Positions 37,602 through 46,777 of a stretch of DNA of 64,000 nucleotides are shown one piece after another (the stretch's first letter is position 1; every line of letters begins with the position of its first letter). The stretch is from assembly GCA_039796295.1 (NCBI GenBank), contig JBDKJY010000021.1:34868-98867 (forward strand), written 5' to 3'. Below the pieces are notes generated by a model. It saw nothing but the letters and a program-made list of their open reading frames with translations, was not told the origin of the DNA and ran no database searches. A program made the position numbers and the translations under genes. The stretch is from Verrucomicrobiota bacterium (GTDB lineage: Bacteria; Verrucomicrobiota; Verrucomicrobiia; Limisphaerales; SXTU01).

Positions 37602-39074
37602 TCAAAAATTCAGCGTCGTCTGGAGGTAGAACCAGTTCGCGTCCGTCGCGCCCTGGTTGGCCGCGGTCCTGAACGTGGATTGCAGGTAGCCGCCGGTGAA
37701 GAAGTGGCCGAAACCGGCTTCGAGGGAGGCGAACTTCGTCAACGAATAGCCGGCGATGAGGTCAATCTCGCCGCCGACAAACTTGCTGTAGCCGGAGTTC
37801 AGGCCATAGCCCGTGCCCGCCGTGCTGGTAAGCCCACCGCGCGGCGTGCCGTTGACGGCGTAGAGGCTGTCGCGGTCGTCGGCGAGCCAGAAGAGGTGGC
37901 CTTCGAGCGCGAGGCTGAGGCGCGGCGTGGGCTTGGCGGTGATCATCATGCGCACGTCGTGGAGGTTCTGGAGCGAGAAGAAATCCATGTAGCCGTAGAA
38001 CTTGTGGTTCGTGGGGAACAGGTTTTCAAAGGTCTCGTGCTTGCCATCGGTCGGGTCGCTGTCGCCGCTGGCGTAGCTGTATTCGAGGCCGAGGCGCGGG
38101 GTCCACGGCGCGTCGGCGAAGGTGTAGCCGCCGTTCAGCACGAGGGCGTAAGCCTCCTGCTCTTGGCTGCGGAAGGTCGCGCCCAAGCGCTCGTTGAAGT
38201 GGCCGAACTGGAACATCGCTTCGTAGGTGTAATCCCAGCCGCCGTAAGCGCCGGGGTCGGACTTGCCGCGCGTGCCGAGGGTGTAGATGTCGCGGGCGGA
38301 TGGGCCTTGCAGGGCGGCGGCGAGGCCGACGCCGAGTGCGTTGGGCGAACCGGCGGAGGCGTTGCGCGCCAGGAAATAGAAGTCCGAGGTCTGCTTCGGG
38401 ACGGCCTTGGTCGTGACGTAGAGGCCACTGAAGAGGTCGTAGTCGTTGCTGACGTTCGCGTTGTTGTCGTCCGGGATGACGACGCGGCTGGTGAAGGCCT
38501 CGGCGGTGAAGTGCTCGTGCTGCCAGCGGACTTTCGCGGCGTCGAAGACGCGCCCAATGTTGTTCCACGCAAATGCGCCGACGAGGCGCTCGTCACCGTA
38601 GCTGAGTTCCTGACGACCGACCTTCAGCGACACGGGGAACTCCTTGTGGTTGCCCACGGTCACGAAGGCTTGGTGCAAGTCCAGCGGGCCGTCGGACTCG
38701 GCGTTGGGGTTGCGGTCATCACCGGTCGTGGTGCTGCTGCGGCCTTGCAGGAAGGCGCTCCACCACTTGTCCGTGTAGCCGGTGCGCAGCAGCAGCTTGG
38801 ACATGAAATACGAGTTGTTGTTGTCCACGCCGGCCTTGCGGAAGTCGCCGCCGAAGCCGGCGGCAGTGAAACCGGCGTTGTCCTTGCTCTCGAAGCGGAG
38901 GCGAAGCAGGCCGCCGAAATCCCAGTTGGCCCAATACGGGTCGGCGGCGCGCAGTTCCTGATTCAGGAAGCCAGGGAACGGCTGCGTGGGCGGCGGCGCC
39001 GCGTATTGCGCGGTGGCGGTGGTGGTGGCCAGCGCAAGCGCGCCGGTCGTGAGCAGGGGCAGGGTTTGTTTCAT
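37602..39074 (-). CDS. alginate-export-family outer-membrane beta-barrel porin
   Basis: Signal peptide MKQTLPLLTTGALALATTTATAQ, then WDFGGLLRLRFE, LKVGRQELSYGDERLVGAFAWNNIGRVFDAAKV, and a C-terminal ...TTLNF beta-barrel terminus. It is the last gene of the nitrate-type operon, 10 nt after the ATPase stop. Confidence 0.75.
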   Translation of the reverse strand: MKQTLPLLTTGALALATTTATAQYAAPPPTQPFPGFLNQELRAADPYWANWDFGGLLRLRFESKDNAGFTAAGFGGDFRKAGVDNNNSYFMSKLLLRTGYTDKWWSAFLQGRSSTTTGDDRNPNAESDGPLDLHQAFVTVGNHKEFPVSLKVGRQELSYGDERLVGAFAWNNIGRVFDAAKVRWQHEHFTAEAFTSRVVIPDDNNANVSNDYDLFSGLYVTTKAVPKQTSDFYFLARNASAGSPNALGVGLAAALQGPSARDIYTLGTRGKSDPGAYGGWDYTYEAMFQFGHFNERLGATFRSQEQEAYALVLNGGYTFADAPWTPRLGLEYSYASGDSDPTDGKHETFENLFPTNHKFYGYMDFFSLQNLHDVRMMITAKPTPRLSLALEGHLFWLADDRDSLYAVNGTPRGGLTSTAGTGYGLNSGYSKFVGGEIDLIAGYSLTKFASLEAGFGHFFTGGYLQSTFRTAANQGATDANWFYLQTTLNF

Positions 39075-39084
39075 GGGTTCAGTT

Positions 39085-39951
39085 TCAGGAGACAGGAACA
39101 GGTTCAGTGGTGGGGACAGGGTTCAAAGCGGGTTGCGGCGTGAGGTCCGTGGGTGCGGGCCCCGGAGTCTTGCGTTTGTGCGCGTGGATTTCGAGGAACT
39201 CGATGAGCCGCTCGCGCAGCGGGTAATAGTCCGGGTGGTCCATGACCACCTGGCGTTCGCGCGGGCGGGGGAAGTTCACCGGGATGATGTCGCCGACCTC
39301 GGCCGCCGGGCCGTCGGTCATGCAAATGACGCGGTCGCTGAGGTAGAGCGCTTCGTCCACATCGTGCGTGACCATTAGCGTGGTGATGCGGTTCTCGCGC
39401 CAGAGCTTGAGCAGCACGGCTTGCAGCTCGTAGCGCGTGAGCGAGTCGAGCATGCCGAACGGCTCGTCGAGCAACAGCATCTTGGGCTTGAGGGCGAAGG
39501 CGCGGGCGATGCCGACGCGCTGTCGCATGCCTTGGGAAAGTTCCGCCGGACGTTTATGCATCGCGTCGCCCAGCCCGACGACGGTGAGGTAATACTCCAC
39601 AATCTCCCGGCGCTCCTCGGCTCTGGCGGTGAAGAAAACCTGCTCCACGCCGAGCATGACATTCTCAAACGCGGTGAACCACGGTAGCAGCGAGGGCGAT
39701 TGGAAAACGACGCCCCGGTCCGGCCCCGCACCGACGAGTTCCTTGCCACCCAGGACGATGACGCCGTCGGTGATGTCGTTCAGCCCGGCGAGCATGGAGA
39801 GCACGGTGGATTTGCCGCAGCCGGAGTGGCCGATGAGGGTGACGAACTCGCCCTTCGCAATGCGGAGGTTGAAGTCCTTCACAATGACGTTCGGCCCCTT
39901 GGGCGTGAAATAGACTTTGGAGAGGTCGGATAGTTCGACGTGGTGGCTCAT
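39085..39951 (-). CDS. ABC transporter ATP-binding protein, nitrate/sulfonate/bicarbonate (NitT/TauT) family, NrtD-like
   Basis: GHSGCGKST (Walker A), [14 protein letters not shown] (signature), [11 protein letters not shown] (Walker B). ATG 39951 lies one nt after the upstream stop. Confidence 0.85.
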   Translation of the reverse strand: MSHHVELSDLSKVYFTPKGPNVIVKDFNLRIAKGEFVTLIGHSGCGKSTVLSMLAGLNDITDGVIVLGGKELVGAGPDRGVVFQSPSLLPWFTAFENVMLGVEQVFFTARAEERREIVEYYLTVVGLGDAMHKRPAELSQGMRQRVGIARAFALKPKMLLLDEPFGMLDSLTRYELQAVLLKLWRENRITTLMVTHDVDEALYLSDRVICMTDGPAAEVGDIIPVNFPRPRERQVVMDHPDYYPLRERLIEFLEIHAHKRKTPGPAPTDLTPQPALNPVPTTEPVPVS

Positions 39952-39952
39952 G

Positions 39953-40867
39953 TCAGGAAGGAATTTCGACAACGGCTTCTTTGCGCTCACTGGAACGCAA
40001 CGGGCGGCTGCGCCCGAGCATCGAGAGCGGGATGTTCAAGTCCTCCGGCTCGATGTCCGGCAAAGTGAGTTTGCGCAGGACGGTTTGGTGCCGCTCGCGG
40101 CGGGAGTTCAAGAGATACTCGGAGATGTCCCGGCGCAACTGGCGGAAACGCGGGTTTTGATTGAGCGCCTTGCGGTCGCGCGGATGCGGGAGGTCCACGA
40201 TGAACGACTCGCCCAGCGTGGCGTTCGGTCCGGCGGTGAGCGGGACGACGCGGTCGGCGAGCAGGATGGCTTCGTCGGGGTCGTTGGTGATGAGGACGAC
40301 GGTCTGCTTGTGGAGCGTGCGGATGCGGGTGATTTCGTCTTGGAGGTTTGCGCGAGTGAGCGCGTCGAGCGCGCTCAACGGCTCGTCGAGTAAAAGAACC
40401 TTGGGGTTCGTCGCGAGCGTGCGGGCGACGCTGACGCGCTGCCTCATGCCGCCGGACAGCTCGTGCGGCCGCTTGTCGCGGGCTGGAGCGAGGTTCACCA
40501 GCTCGATGAACTCCAGCGTGTGCGCGACGCGTTCGGCCTCGGACTTCTCGGGGAAGACCTGGTCCACGGCGAGCCGGACGTTCTCGAACACGGTGAGCCA
40601 CGGGAGCAGTGAGTAGTTCTGGAACACCAGGCCGCGGTCGGGGCCGGGGCCGCTCATCTCGCGGCCTTCGAGCGTGACGCTGCCGGTGTCGGGGCGAATC
40701 AGCCCGGCGAGAATGGACATGAGCGTGGTCTTGCCTGCGCCGGAGTAGCCGACAATGGCGACGAACTCGCCTTGCTCGATGGCGAGGTTGACGTTCTCTA
40801 GAACCTCGTTGCGCGAGCCGTTCACGCCGTAGGCTTTGGAGACGGATTTTAGTTCAAGGTAGGGCAT
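39953..40867 (-). CDS. ABC transporter ATP-binding protein, NitT/TauT family, NrtC-like (no C-terminal NrtA-like domain)
   Basis: [23 protein letters not shown] and [11 protein letters not shown]. Confidence 0.85.
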   Translation of the reverse strand: MPYLELKSVSKAYGVNGSRNEVLENVNLAIEQGEFVAIVGYSGAGKTTLMSILAGLIRPDTGSVTLEGREMSGPGPDRGLVFQNYSLLPWLTVFENVRLAVDQVFPEKSEAERVAHTLEFIELVNLAPARDKRPHELSGGMRQRVSVARTLATNPKVLLLDEPLSALDALTRANLQDEITRIRTLHKQTVVLITNDPDEAILLADRVVPLTAGPNATLGESFIVDLPHPRDRKALNQNPRFRQLRRDISEYLLNSRRERHQTVLRKLTLPDIEPEDLNIPLSMLGRSRPLRSSERKEAVVEIPS

Positions 40868-40883
40868 GGAAAGAAAAGGGCAT

Positions 40884-40994
40884 CACGCAAAGGCCTCGGG
40901 GTGCGCAGTGATGTGGAAGCGGACGGTGGGGTGGGGTGTCCGACATGAGGGAAGGAATCCCATTCCTCCTTAGCGCACTCTGTGCCTTTGCGTG
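40884..40994. repeat. palindromic element inside the nitrate-type operon
   Basis: Perfect 11-bp inverted repeat CACGCAAAGGC (40884-40894) / GCCTTTGCGTG (40984-40994), with an inner hairpin AGGAATCCCATTCCT. Confidence 0.55.
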
Positions 40995-41020
40995 AAGCGT
41001 TGCTGATTTCATGTTGCGAT

Positions 41021-41617
41021 TCACTTCACCGACAAAACGGAGTTCCAGCCGCCGAATGGGTTCGGCGCGGCCTCGTGGGCGGCGGGGTCGGGCAGCCAGG
41101 TGCCGTCCACGACGAAGAGGTATTCGTAGCGGCCGGGGGAGAGCTTCAACTCACCTTGCCACTCGCCGCCTTTGGCAGGGTGCAGCGGCGTCGCGCCGAC
41201 CTGCCAGCCGTTGAACGAGCCGGCGACGCAGACTGCCTTGGCCGCCGGCGCGCGCAGCTTGAGCGCGACGGGCGCGGGCGTGGCAGTGGCGGTTTGCATC
41301 GCAGCCGTGGGGTTTTTCAACAGCCGCACGACCTGACCGAGCGCGGTGGCGGATTGCTTCGCGGGTGAGCGCGTGGCCTTCGGCGAACTGGTGGCGGCTT
41401 TTGGTGGTTTCATAGCTTCGGGCGGCTTTGAAACGGCTGCCTTGGCCGCAGGCGCGCGCGGCTTGGGCGCGACTGGCGCGGGCGCGGGCGCGGCGGTTTG
41501 CATCGCAGCCGTGGGGCTCTTCACCCCCCGCACCACCTGACCGAGCGCGGTGGCGGCCGACTTCGCGGGAGCCTGCGTGGCCTTCGGTGAGCTGGAGGAG
41601 GCTTTGGGAGTTTTCAT
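41021..41617 (-). CDS. CBM48 / glycogen-binding (AMPK beta-like, early-set) domain protein with duplicated Lys/Ala/Pro-rich N-terminus
   Basis: The C-terminus VCVAGSFNGWQVGATPLHPAKGGEWQGELKLSPGRYEYLFVVDGTWLPDP matches the CBM48 pattern. The N-terminus is two 68-aa repeats. Confidence 0.7.
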   Translation of the reverse strand: MKTPKASSSSPKATQAPAKSAATALGQVVRGVKSPTAAMQTAAPAPAPVAPKPRAPAAKAAVSKPPEAMKPPKAATSSPKATRSPAKQSATALGQVVRLLKNPTAAMQTATATPAPVALKLRAPAAKAVCVAGSFNGWQVGATPLHPAKGGEWQGELKLSPGRYEYLFVVDGTWLPDPAAHEAAPNPFGGWNSVLSVK

Positions 41618-41639
41618 AGGTTCAGGCGGTCTTGAAGCG
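41232..41639. repeat. 204-bp tandem duplication (about 2.1 copies)
   Basis: GGTTTGCATC at 41291 and 41495, CAT (start codons) at 41411-41413 and 41615-41617, and GCCTTGGCCGC at 41235 and 41439 are all offset by exactly 204 nt. Confidence 0.8.
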
Positions 41640-42407
41640 TGACTCCACGAGGCTCATCAGGCGGTCGAGGATGAAGCCCACGACGCCAATCGTGATGATG
41701 CACAGGATGATGTGCTCGTAGATGAGCGCGTTGTATTCCTGCCAGAGGAAGCCGCCCACGCCGGGCCGACCCGTAAGCATCTCGGCGGCGACGATGACGA
41801 GCCACGCGATACCCAAGCTGAGGCGGAAGCCGGTGAACATGTAGGGCAGCGTCGCGGGGATGAGCACCTTGGTGAGCGTCTTCCAGCGCGAGAGTTTCAG
41901 GACTTTCGCCACGTTCAGGTAGTCCTGCGGCACGGCGCGGACGCCTACTGCCGTGTTCAGCACCGTGGGCCACATCGCGCAGATGGCGATGGTGAAGAGT
42001 GCGCCCAGCTCGCTCGCTTGCTTGCCCGCGCCAAGAAACAACACTAACCCGAGCGGCAGCCACGCAAGCGGCGAGACTGGACGTAAAACTTGGATGATGG
42101 GGTCGAAGGTCTTGGTGAACGCCTTCGACAACCCGAGGAAGAAACCAATCGGCGTGCCCACGATGAGCGCGAGTGCGTAGCCCTTTGCGACCAGCACGAG
42201 CGAATACCAGGTGAAGCGCAGGATGCCCTGGTCCATCTCGCCGCGCTTCTCGAACGGCTTCAGCACGTAGTCCTTGCTGGCGTCCCAAGTCTTGCTGGGC
42301 GAGGGCAGCTCCTTCGCCCATGTCTTGCTGGAGATTTGCCACGCGAGGAGGACCACGGCGATGCCGAGGAGGGGGAGGATGAGCCAGTCGAATTTGAATG
42401 CTTTCAT
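41622..42407 (-). CDS. nitrate-type ABC transporter permease (NrtB-like)
   Basis: 6-TM binding-protein-dependent permease with LVAKGYALALIVGTPIGFFLG and RPVSPLAWLPLGLVLFG. Confidence 0.85.
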   Translation of the reverse strand: MKAFKFDWLILPLLGIAVVLLAWQISSKTWAKELPSPSKTWDASKDYVLKPFEKRGEMDQGILRFTWYSLVLVAKGYALALIVGTPIGFFLGLSKAFTKTFDPIIQVLRPVSPLAWLPLGLVLFLGAGKQASELGALFTIAICAMWPTVLNTAVGVRAVPQDYLNVAKVLKLSRWKTLTKVLIPATLPYMFTGFRLSLGIAWLVIVAAEMLTGRPGVGGFLWQEYNALIYEHIILCIITIGVVGFILDRLMSLVESRFKTA

Positions 42408-42434
42408 GGTGGGGATTGAGGAATGGGAGCGGGG

Positions 42435-42695
42435 TCAAGATTGAAGCTGTTCTTCGGTGCGTTGCACCCAGGTCTCGGCGGCGGACACCAGCACGAGCGC
42501 GAAGCCAATCAGCGGAGAGACAATGCTCTTGAGGAGAACCGTCCCGTCCACCGAGCCGCTCATCCAGTGGTCGCCCTGGTTGACGACTGCCTGAAGGAAA
42601 CCGACGGACAGGCCCAGCCGGAGCGCGCGCAGCCAAACGGAGCGCTGGCGGAAGGCCTGCGCCCAAAGCGCGCGGGGACTGGTGTTGGGGTTCAT
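42435..42695 (-). CDS. small 2-TM protein, NrtS-like (copy 2)
   Basis: MNPNTSPRALWAQAFRQRSVWLRALRLGLSVGFLQAVVNQGDHWMSG...VSPLIGFALVLVSAAETW. The ATG overlaps the stop of copy 1 (ATGA). The longer ORF-track version (to 42968) is rejected. Confidence 0.55.
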   Translation of the reverse strand: MNPNTSPRALWAQAFRQRSVWLRALRLGLSVGFLQAVVNQGDHWMSGSVDGTVLLKSIVSPLIGFALVLVSAAETWVQRTEEQLQS

Positions 42696-42955
42696 GGCTT
42701 CGAGGTTTCTGATTCTGCGGGCGACCGTCGCTGCTGTTCCACCCACACACCGGCGGCGGAGATGAGCGCCACGGAGAAGGTTACCAGCGGCGAGACGAGC
42801 ATTTTGACCACCGTGCCGGCCGTCTGCTCGTGGCGCTGCCACACGTCGCCCTGATTGATGACGGCCTGCAATAAACCGATCGGAAGTCCGACCATCGCTG
42901 CGCGACGCCAGACGGAAGCCTGCCGAAATGCTTGCATCCAGAGGGATTGGCGCAT
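42692..42955 (-). CDS. small 2-TM protein, NrtS-like (copy 1)
   Basis: MRQSLWMQAFRQASVWRRAAMVGLPIGLLQAVINQGDVWQRHEQ...VSPLVTFSVALISAAGVW. It is a clear paralog of copy 2. Confidence 0.55.
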   Translation of the reverse strand: MRQSLWMQAFRQASVWRRAAMVGLPIGLLQAVINQGDVWQRHEQTAGTVVKMLVSPLVTFSVALISAAGVWVEQQRRSPAESETSKP

Positions 42956-43025
42956 GGCGAAGAATCATTTAGAGGTCAGGCACCGCGGGTTGCGCGGGTC
43001 ACGCGCAACCCGCGGCATGGTTTGG

Positions 43026-44312
43026 TCAGCCTTTCAAACCGCTCACGGGGAAGCCCTTGGCGTAAGCTTCGAGGTCCCCCTTCGGGTCGAACTTGAAGCC
43101 GTCGAACATCTCCCAGCCGGAGTCATCCTGCGTGCGGTCAGTCACGCCGATTTCCTTCATGGCCTCGGTGTAGATGTCGCCGCGCATGACCTGCTTGGCG
43201 ACGCCGTCATAGTCGGGCTTGCCCGTGACCATGCCCCACCGGCGGAACTGCGTGAGCCACCACTTGGCGAACTTAGGCTGCGGGAAGTTGCAGTTGCGCT
43301 TGCTGAAGTGCATGTAGAACTCGTCTTGCGCGGTGCGTCCGTCGCCGTAGTCGAGCTTGCCGAGAAGGCGACCGAGGATGATGTCCTTGTCGCAGTTGAT
43401 GTAGTTGGGCTTGCTGACGATGTCGCACTGCTCGGGGCGGTTCTTCAGGTCGTCGAGCCACACGCTGGCCTCGTGCAGGCCCTTGAGCACGGCCTTGACG
43501 GTCTTCGGATTTTTCTCCGCGAACTCAGCGGTGAACGCGCAGACCTTCTCCGGGTGGTCCTTCCACATATCCTGCGTGGTGACGCTGGTGAACCCAATCT
43601 TGTCCGCGATGGCACGGGCGTTCCACGGCTCGCCGACGCAGTAGCCGTCCATCTTGCCGATCTTCATGTTTGCCACCATCTGCGGCGGCGGGACGGTGAT
43701 GAGGGACACGTCCTTGTCCGGGTTGATGCCGCCGGCGGCGAGGTAGTAGCGCATCCACATCGCGTGCGTGCCGGGCGGGAACGTCATCGCGAAGGTGAGT
43801 GGTTCGCCGAGCTTCTTGGCCTTCTCGACGAAGGGTTTTAACGCCTTCGGGTCCGCGCCGACTTTGCCTTTCAACTCGGCCTTGAGCGTGATGGCCTGAC
43901 CGTTGCGGTTGACGAGCCAAGGAATGATCATCGGCTTCTTCGGCGAACCGAGGAGACCCATCGTGCTGGCAATGGGCATCCCGACGAGCATGTGCGTGAA
44001 CTGGTTGTCGCCCGAGGAGAGCGAGTCGCGGATGGCCGCCCAGTTCGCGCCCTTGGCCACGGTCACGTCCAGACCGTATTTCTTGAAGAAGCCCTTCTCC
44101 GCGCCGATGACGAACGGCGAGCAGTCCGTCAGCGCAATCATGCCGCAGCGGAGCTTGGCGGTTTCCGGCGCGTCGCTGGCATACACACTACCGACCCAAC
44201 CGCGCGGCAGGCCGCCGAGCAGGGCGCCCGCACCGAGGGTTTGGCCGACACGCGCGAGGAAGCGGCGGCGGGAGGAAGTGAGGGTGAGGCTGCTATGGGT
44301 AGGCTTGTTCAT
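43026..44312 (-). CDS. NrtA/CmpA-family ABC substrate-binding protein (Tat signal)
   Basis: TSSRRRFLARVGQTLGAGALLGG (twin-arginine signal), then LRCGMIALTDCSPFVIGAEKGFFKKYGLDV, typical of NrtA/CmpA. Confidence 0.85.
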   Translation of the reverse strand: MNKPTHSSLTLTSSRRRFLARVGQTLGAGALLGGLPRGWVGSVYASDAPETAKLRCGMIALTDCSPFVIGAEKGFFKKYGLDVTVAKGANWAAIRDSLSSGDNQFTHMLVGMPIASTMGLLGSPKKPMIIPWLVNRNGQAITLKAELKGKVGADPKALKPFVEKAKKLGEPLTFAMTFPPGTHAMWMRYYLAAGGINPDKDVSLITVPPPQMVANMKIGKMDGYCVGEPWNARAIADKIGFTSVTTQDMWKDHPEKVCAFTAEFAEKNPKTVKAVLKGLHEASVWLDDLKNRPEQCDIVSKPNYINCDKDIILGRLLGKLDYGDGRTAQDEFYMHFSKRNCNFPQPKFAKWWLTQFRRWGMVTGKPDYDGVAKQVMRGDIYTEAMKEIGVTDRTQDDSGWEMFDGFKFDPKGDLEAYAKGFPVSGLKG

Positions 44313-44424
44313 GTTCAGCTAGGTTTTCAACGAGTGTGGTTCACTCGGGGCAGGCTTTAGCGAGCGCGATGCCAATCGTGCCACCCACTGGCCCGCTGGC
44401 TGCTGAAAGAGATTCCAGTTTCGG

Positions 44425-45372
44425 ATGAACCAAATTCTTAGCATGAGTGAACCACTTGATAGCCGACAGCTCCGCGCCTTCGTCACCCTAGCAAACACAG
44501 GCAGTTTCACGCGCACTGGGAAGGATTTATTCCTCACCCAGTCCGCCATCAGCCACGCCATCAAGGCGCTGGAGGAGGATGTGGGCTGTCGTCTTTTTGA
44601 CAGGGTGGGCAAGTCCGTGGCCCTCACGCCAGCGGGTGAGCAGCTCCTGCATCACGCCAAAGGAATTCTCGACGAAATGACGCGCGCGCGGGAAGCGCTG
44701 GAGCACCTAGGCAAGTGGGGCCGCACGCACCTGCGGCTGGCCACGAGCGAGGCCGCGTGCGAGGCGTTACTGCCGAACGTCCTCGTGGCGCAGAAGGACA
44801 AGTATCCGCAATGCCAAGTCACCGTAGCCTCGGCGGACATGAGCGAGGCGATTGAACTCCTCCACAACGGCCACGCGGACTTGGTGCTGAGTTTGGAACC
44901 GGGACCGGAGGCGGGCGTGGAGTTCATCCCGCTGTTCAGCGATGAGTTGCAGTTCCTCGTGAGTGCCCAGCATCCGTGGGCGGTCGCGGGGCGTGTGGTG
45001 CGCGAGGAAATTCCCACGCAGCCTTACATCCTCTACAGCCGGTCGAGCTACACCTCGCGGCTCGTGGAAGGCTACTTCCGCCACGAGGACATGACGCTGC
45101 TCAAGATGATGGAGGTCGGCAGCATGAACGCCATTCGTGAAATGGTCGGGCGCGGTCTGGGCGTGAGCATCCTCGCGCCGTGGGTGGCACGGGACGACAT
45201 CGCCAGCGGCAAGCTCGTGGCGCTGCCGCTCGGTCGCCGCAAGCTCACACGCAACTGGGGCGTGCTCCATCGGCGCGGTCGGCGGCTGAGTTTGTCCGAG
45301 GAGGAGTTCGTCACGCTGTGCCGCCGGGAGGGGGCGCAGTTGTTTGGTGGGAGCGTCGGCAAGGCAGTGTAG
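44425..45372 (+). CDS. LysR-family transcriptional regulator, divergent from the nitrate-type operon
   Basis: HTH LRAFVTLANTGSFTRTGKDLFLTQSAISHAIKALEEDVG, plus a LysR substrate-binding domain. The alternative start is ATG 44443. Confidence 0.85.
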   Translation: MNQILSMSEPLDSRQLRAFVTLANTGSFTRTGKDLFLTQSAISHAIKALEEDVGCRLFDRVGKSVALTPAGEQLLHHAKGILDEMTRAREALEHLGKWGRTHLRLATSEAACEALLPNVLVAQKDKYPQCQVTVASADMSEAIELLHNGHADLVLSLEPGPEAGVEFIPLFSDELQFLVSAQHPWAVAGRVVREEIPTQPYILYSRSSYTSRLVEGYFRHEDMTLLKMMEVGSMNAIREMVGRGLGVSILAPWVARDDIASGKLVALPLGRRKLTRNWGVLHRRGRRLSLSEEEFVTLCRREGAQLFGGSVGKAV

Positions 45373-45431
45373 CAGGGGCCTTGCGCAGCGGTCGTATCTC
45401 GCGAGCGAGAAACTGGATTTCAGTTCCGCCC

Positions 45432-46715
45432 CTACTCGTGCCGCAGTGCCTCGATGGGGTCCAGCGCCGCCGCCCGCGACGCCGGGTAGATGCCGAACAC
45501 GATCCCCACCGCGCCGGAGATGCCGAAGGAGATCAGCACCGACATCGGCGTCACGATGGTCTTCATGTCCGTGAGCTGCGAGACCAGCAGCGGCGTCAAC
45601 ACGCCCACGACGACCCCAATCAACCCGCCACCCACCGAGAGCACCACCGTCTCGACCAAGAACTGCGTGATGATGTCCTGCTTCTTCGCGCCCAGCGCGC
45701 GGCGGATGCCGATCTCGCGCGTCCGCTCGGTGACGGTGGCGAGCATGATGTTCATGATGCCAATGCCGCCGACGACCAGCGAGATGGCCGCGATGGAACC
45801 GAGCACGATGTTGAAGATGCGCTTAGTCGCCTCGGCCTGCCGCAGCAGCTCCAGCGGCACGATGACCTCGTAGTCGGTCTTGGGGTGGAAGCGCTTGAAG
45901 AGCGTGCGAATCATCGGCACCGCCACCTCGACATCCTCGACGGTGTTGAACTGCACCGTGACTTGGTGGAGCTGCACCTTCTCGGCCTCGTAGGAGCCAG
46001 CGCTACGCTTGAAGATGGTTTCGCCGAAGCGGCTCTTGGTCGTGGACAGCGGCACGTAGAGGTTGCTGTCGAGCGGCTGGCCTTCCGACTGGCCGGCTTG
46101 CGGGCGTTTGTCCGCCGTGCTGCGCTCGCGCACGAGACCGACGACGGTGAGGTAGTCGGAGCCAATCTTCACCTCCTGTTCGAGCGGGTCCTGATAGGGA
46201 AACAAGCTCTCGGCGAGGGTCACCGTGAGCACGCAGACGTTGTTGTGATGAATCTCATCCGTCTCCGTAAGGAAGCGCCCGCGCAGAATGTCCACGCCGT
46301 TCAGCTCGGCGTAAATCGGGTGCGTGCCGATGATTTGCGCCTGCTGGACCAGGGTGTTGAACCGCACCTCATCGCGGATGATGCGCATGGGCAGGACGCG
46401 CTTGATGCCGGGAATGGTGCTTTCCAGCCGGGTCACGTCGCCGTAGGTGATGCCGTATTCGTTGACGTAACTGCGCCCGGCGTTGGCCTTCGAGTCCTGC
46501 GGCGGCTTGATGCTGCGGAGGATAATGTTGCTCGAGCCGAGCTTTTTGATCGCCTCCTGCGCCTCGTAGCTCGCGCCCTCGCCGATGGCGAGCATGGCGA
46601 TGACCGAGCACACGCCGAAGATGATGCCCAGCATGGTCAGCCCCGAACGCATCTTATGGAGCAAGAGGCTCTTGATGCCGAGCTGGACGATGCGGATGAG
46701 TGAACGGGCGCGCAT
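45432..46715 (-). CDS. ABC transporter permease, MacB/FtsX family (second copy)
   Basis: MRSGLTMLGIIFGVCSVIAMLAIG and GGIGIMNIMLATVTERTREIGIRRALGA, ending ...IEALRHE like the 14904 paralog. Confidence 0.85.
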   Translation of the reverse strand: MRARSLIRIVQLGIKSLLLHKMRSGLTMLGIIFGVCSVIAMLAIGEGASYEAQEAIKKLGSSNIILRSIKPPQDSKANAGRSYVNEYGITYGDVTRLESTIPGIKRVLPMRIIRDEVRFNTLVQQAQIIGTHPIYAELNGVDILRGRFLTETDEIHHNNVCVLTVTLAESLFPYQDPLEQEVKIGSDYLTVVGLVRERSTADKRPQAGQSEGQPLDSNLYVPLSTTKSRFGETIFKRSAGSYEAEKVQLHQVTVQFNTVEDVEVAVPMIRTLFKRFHPKTDYEVIVPLELLRQAEATKRIFNIVLGSIAAISLVVGGIGIMNIMLATVTERTREIGIRRALGAKKQDIITQFLVETVVLSVGGGLIGVVVGVLTPLLVSQLTDMKTIVTPMSVLISFGISGAVGIVFGIYPASRAAALDPIEALRHE

Positions 46716-46777
46716 GGTTGCGGGGCGGAGCGTAACGGATCGGCGCGAGGCACGGCGAGAGAAAGGTGCGGGTGGAG

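Noticed and set aside
41614-42750. 378-aa minus-strand ORF overlapping the NrtB-like permease in another frame
   Set aside because: It is an Arg/Pro/His-rich nonsense translation. The 41622..42407 frame gives a canonical six-TM permease.
42435-42968. 177-aa ORF covering both NrtS-like genes
   Set aside because: Its N-terminal half is an out-of-frame read of NrtS-like copy 1. Two paralogous 86-87-codon genes with an ATGA overlap explain the sequence better.
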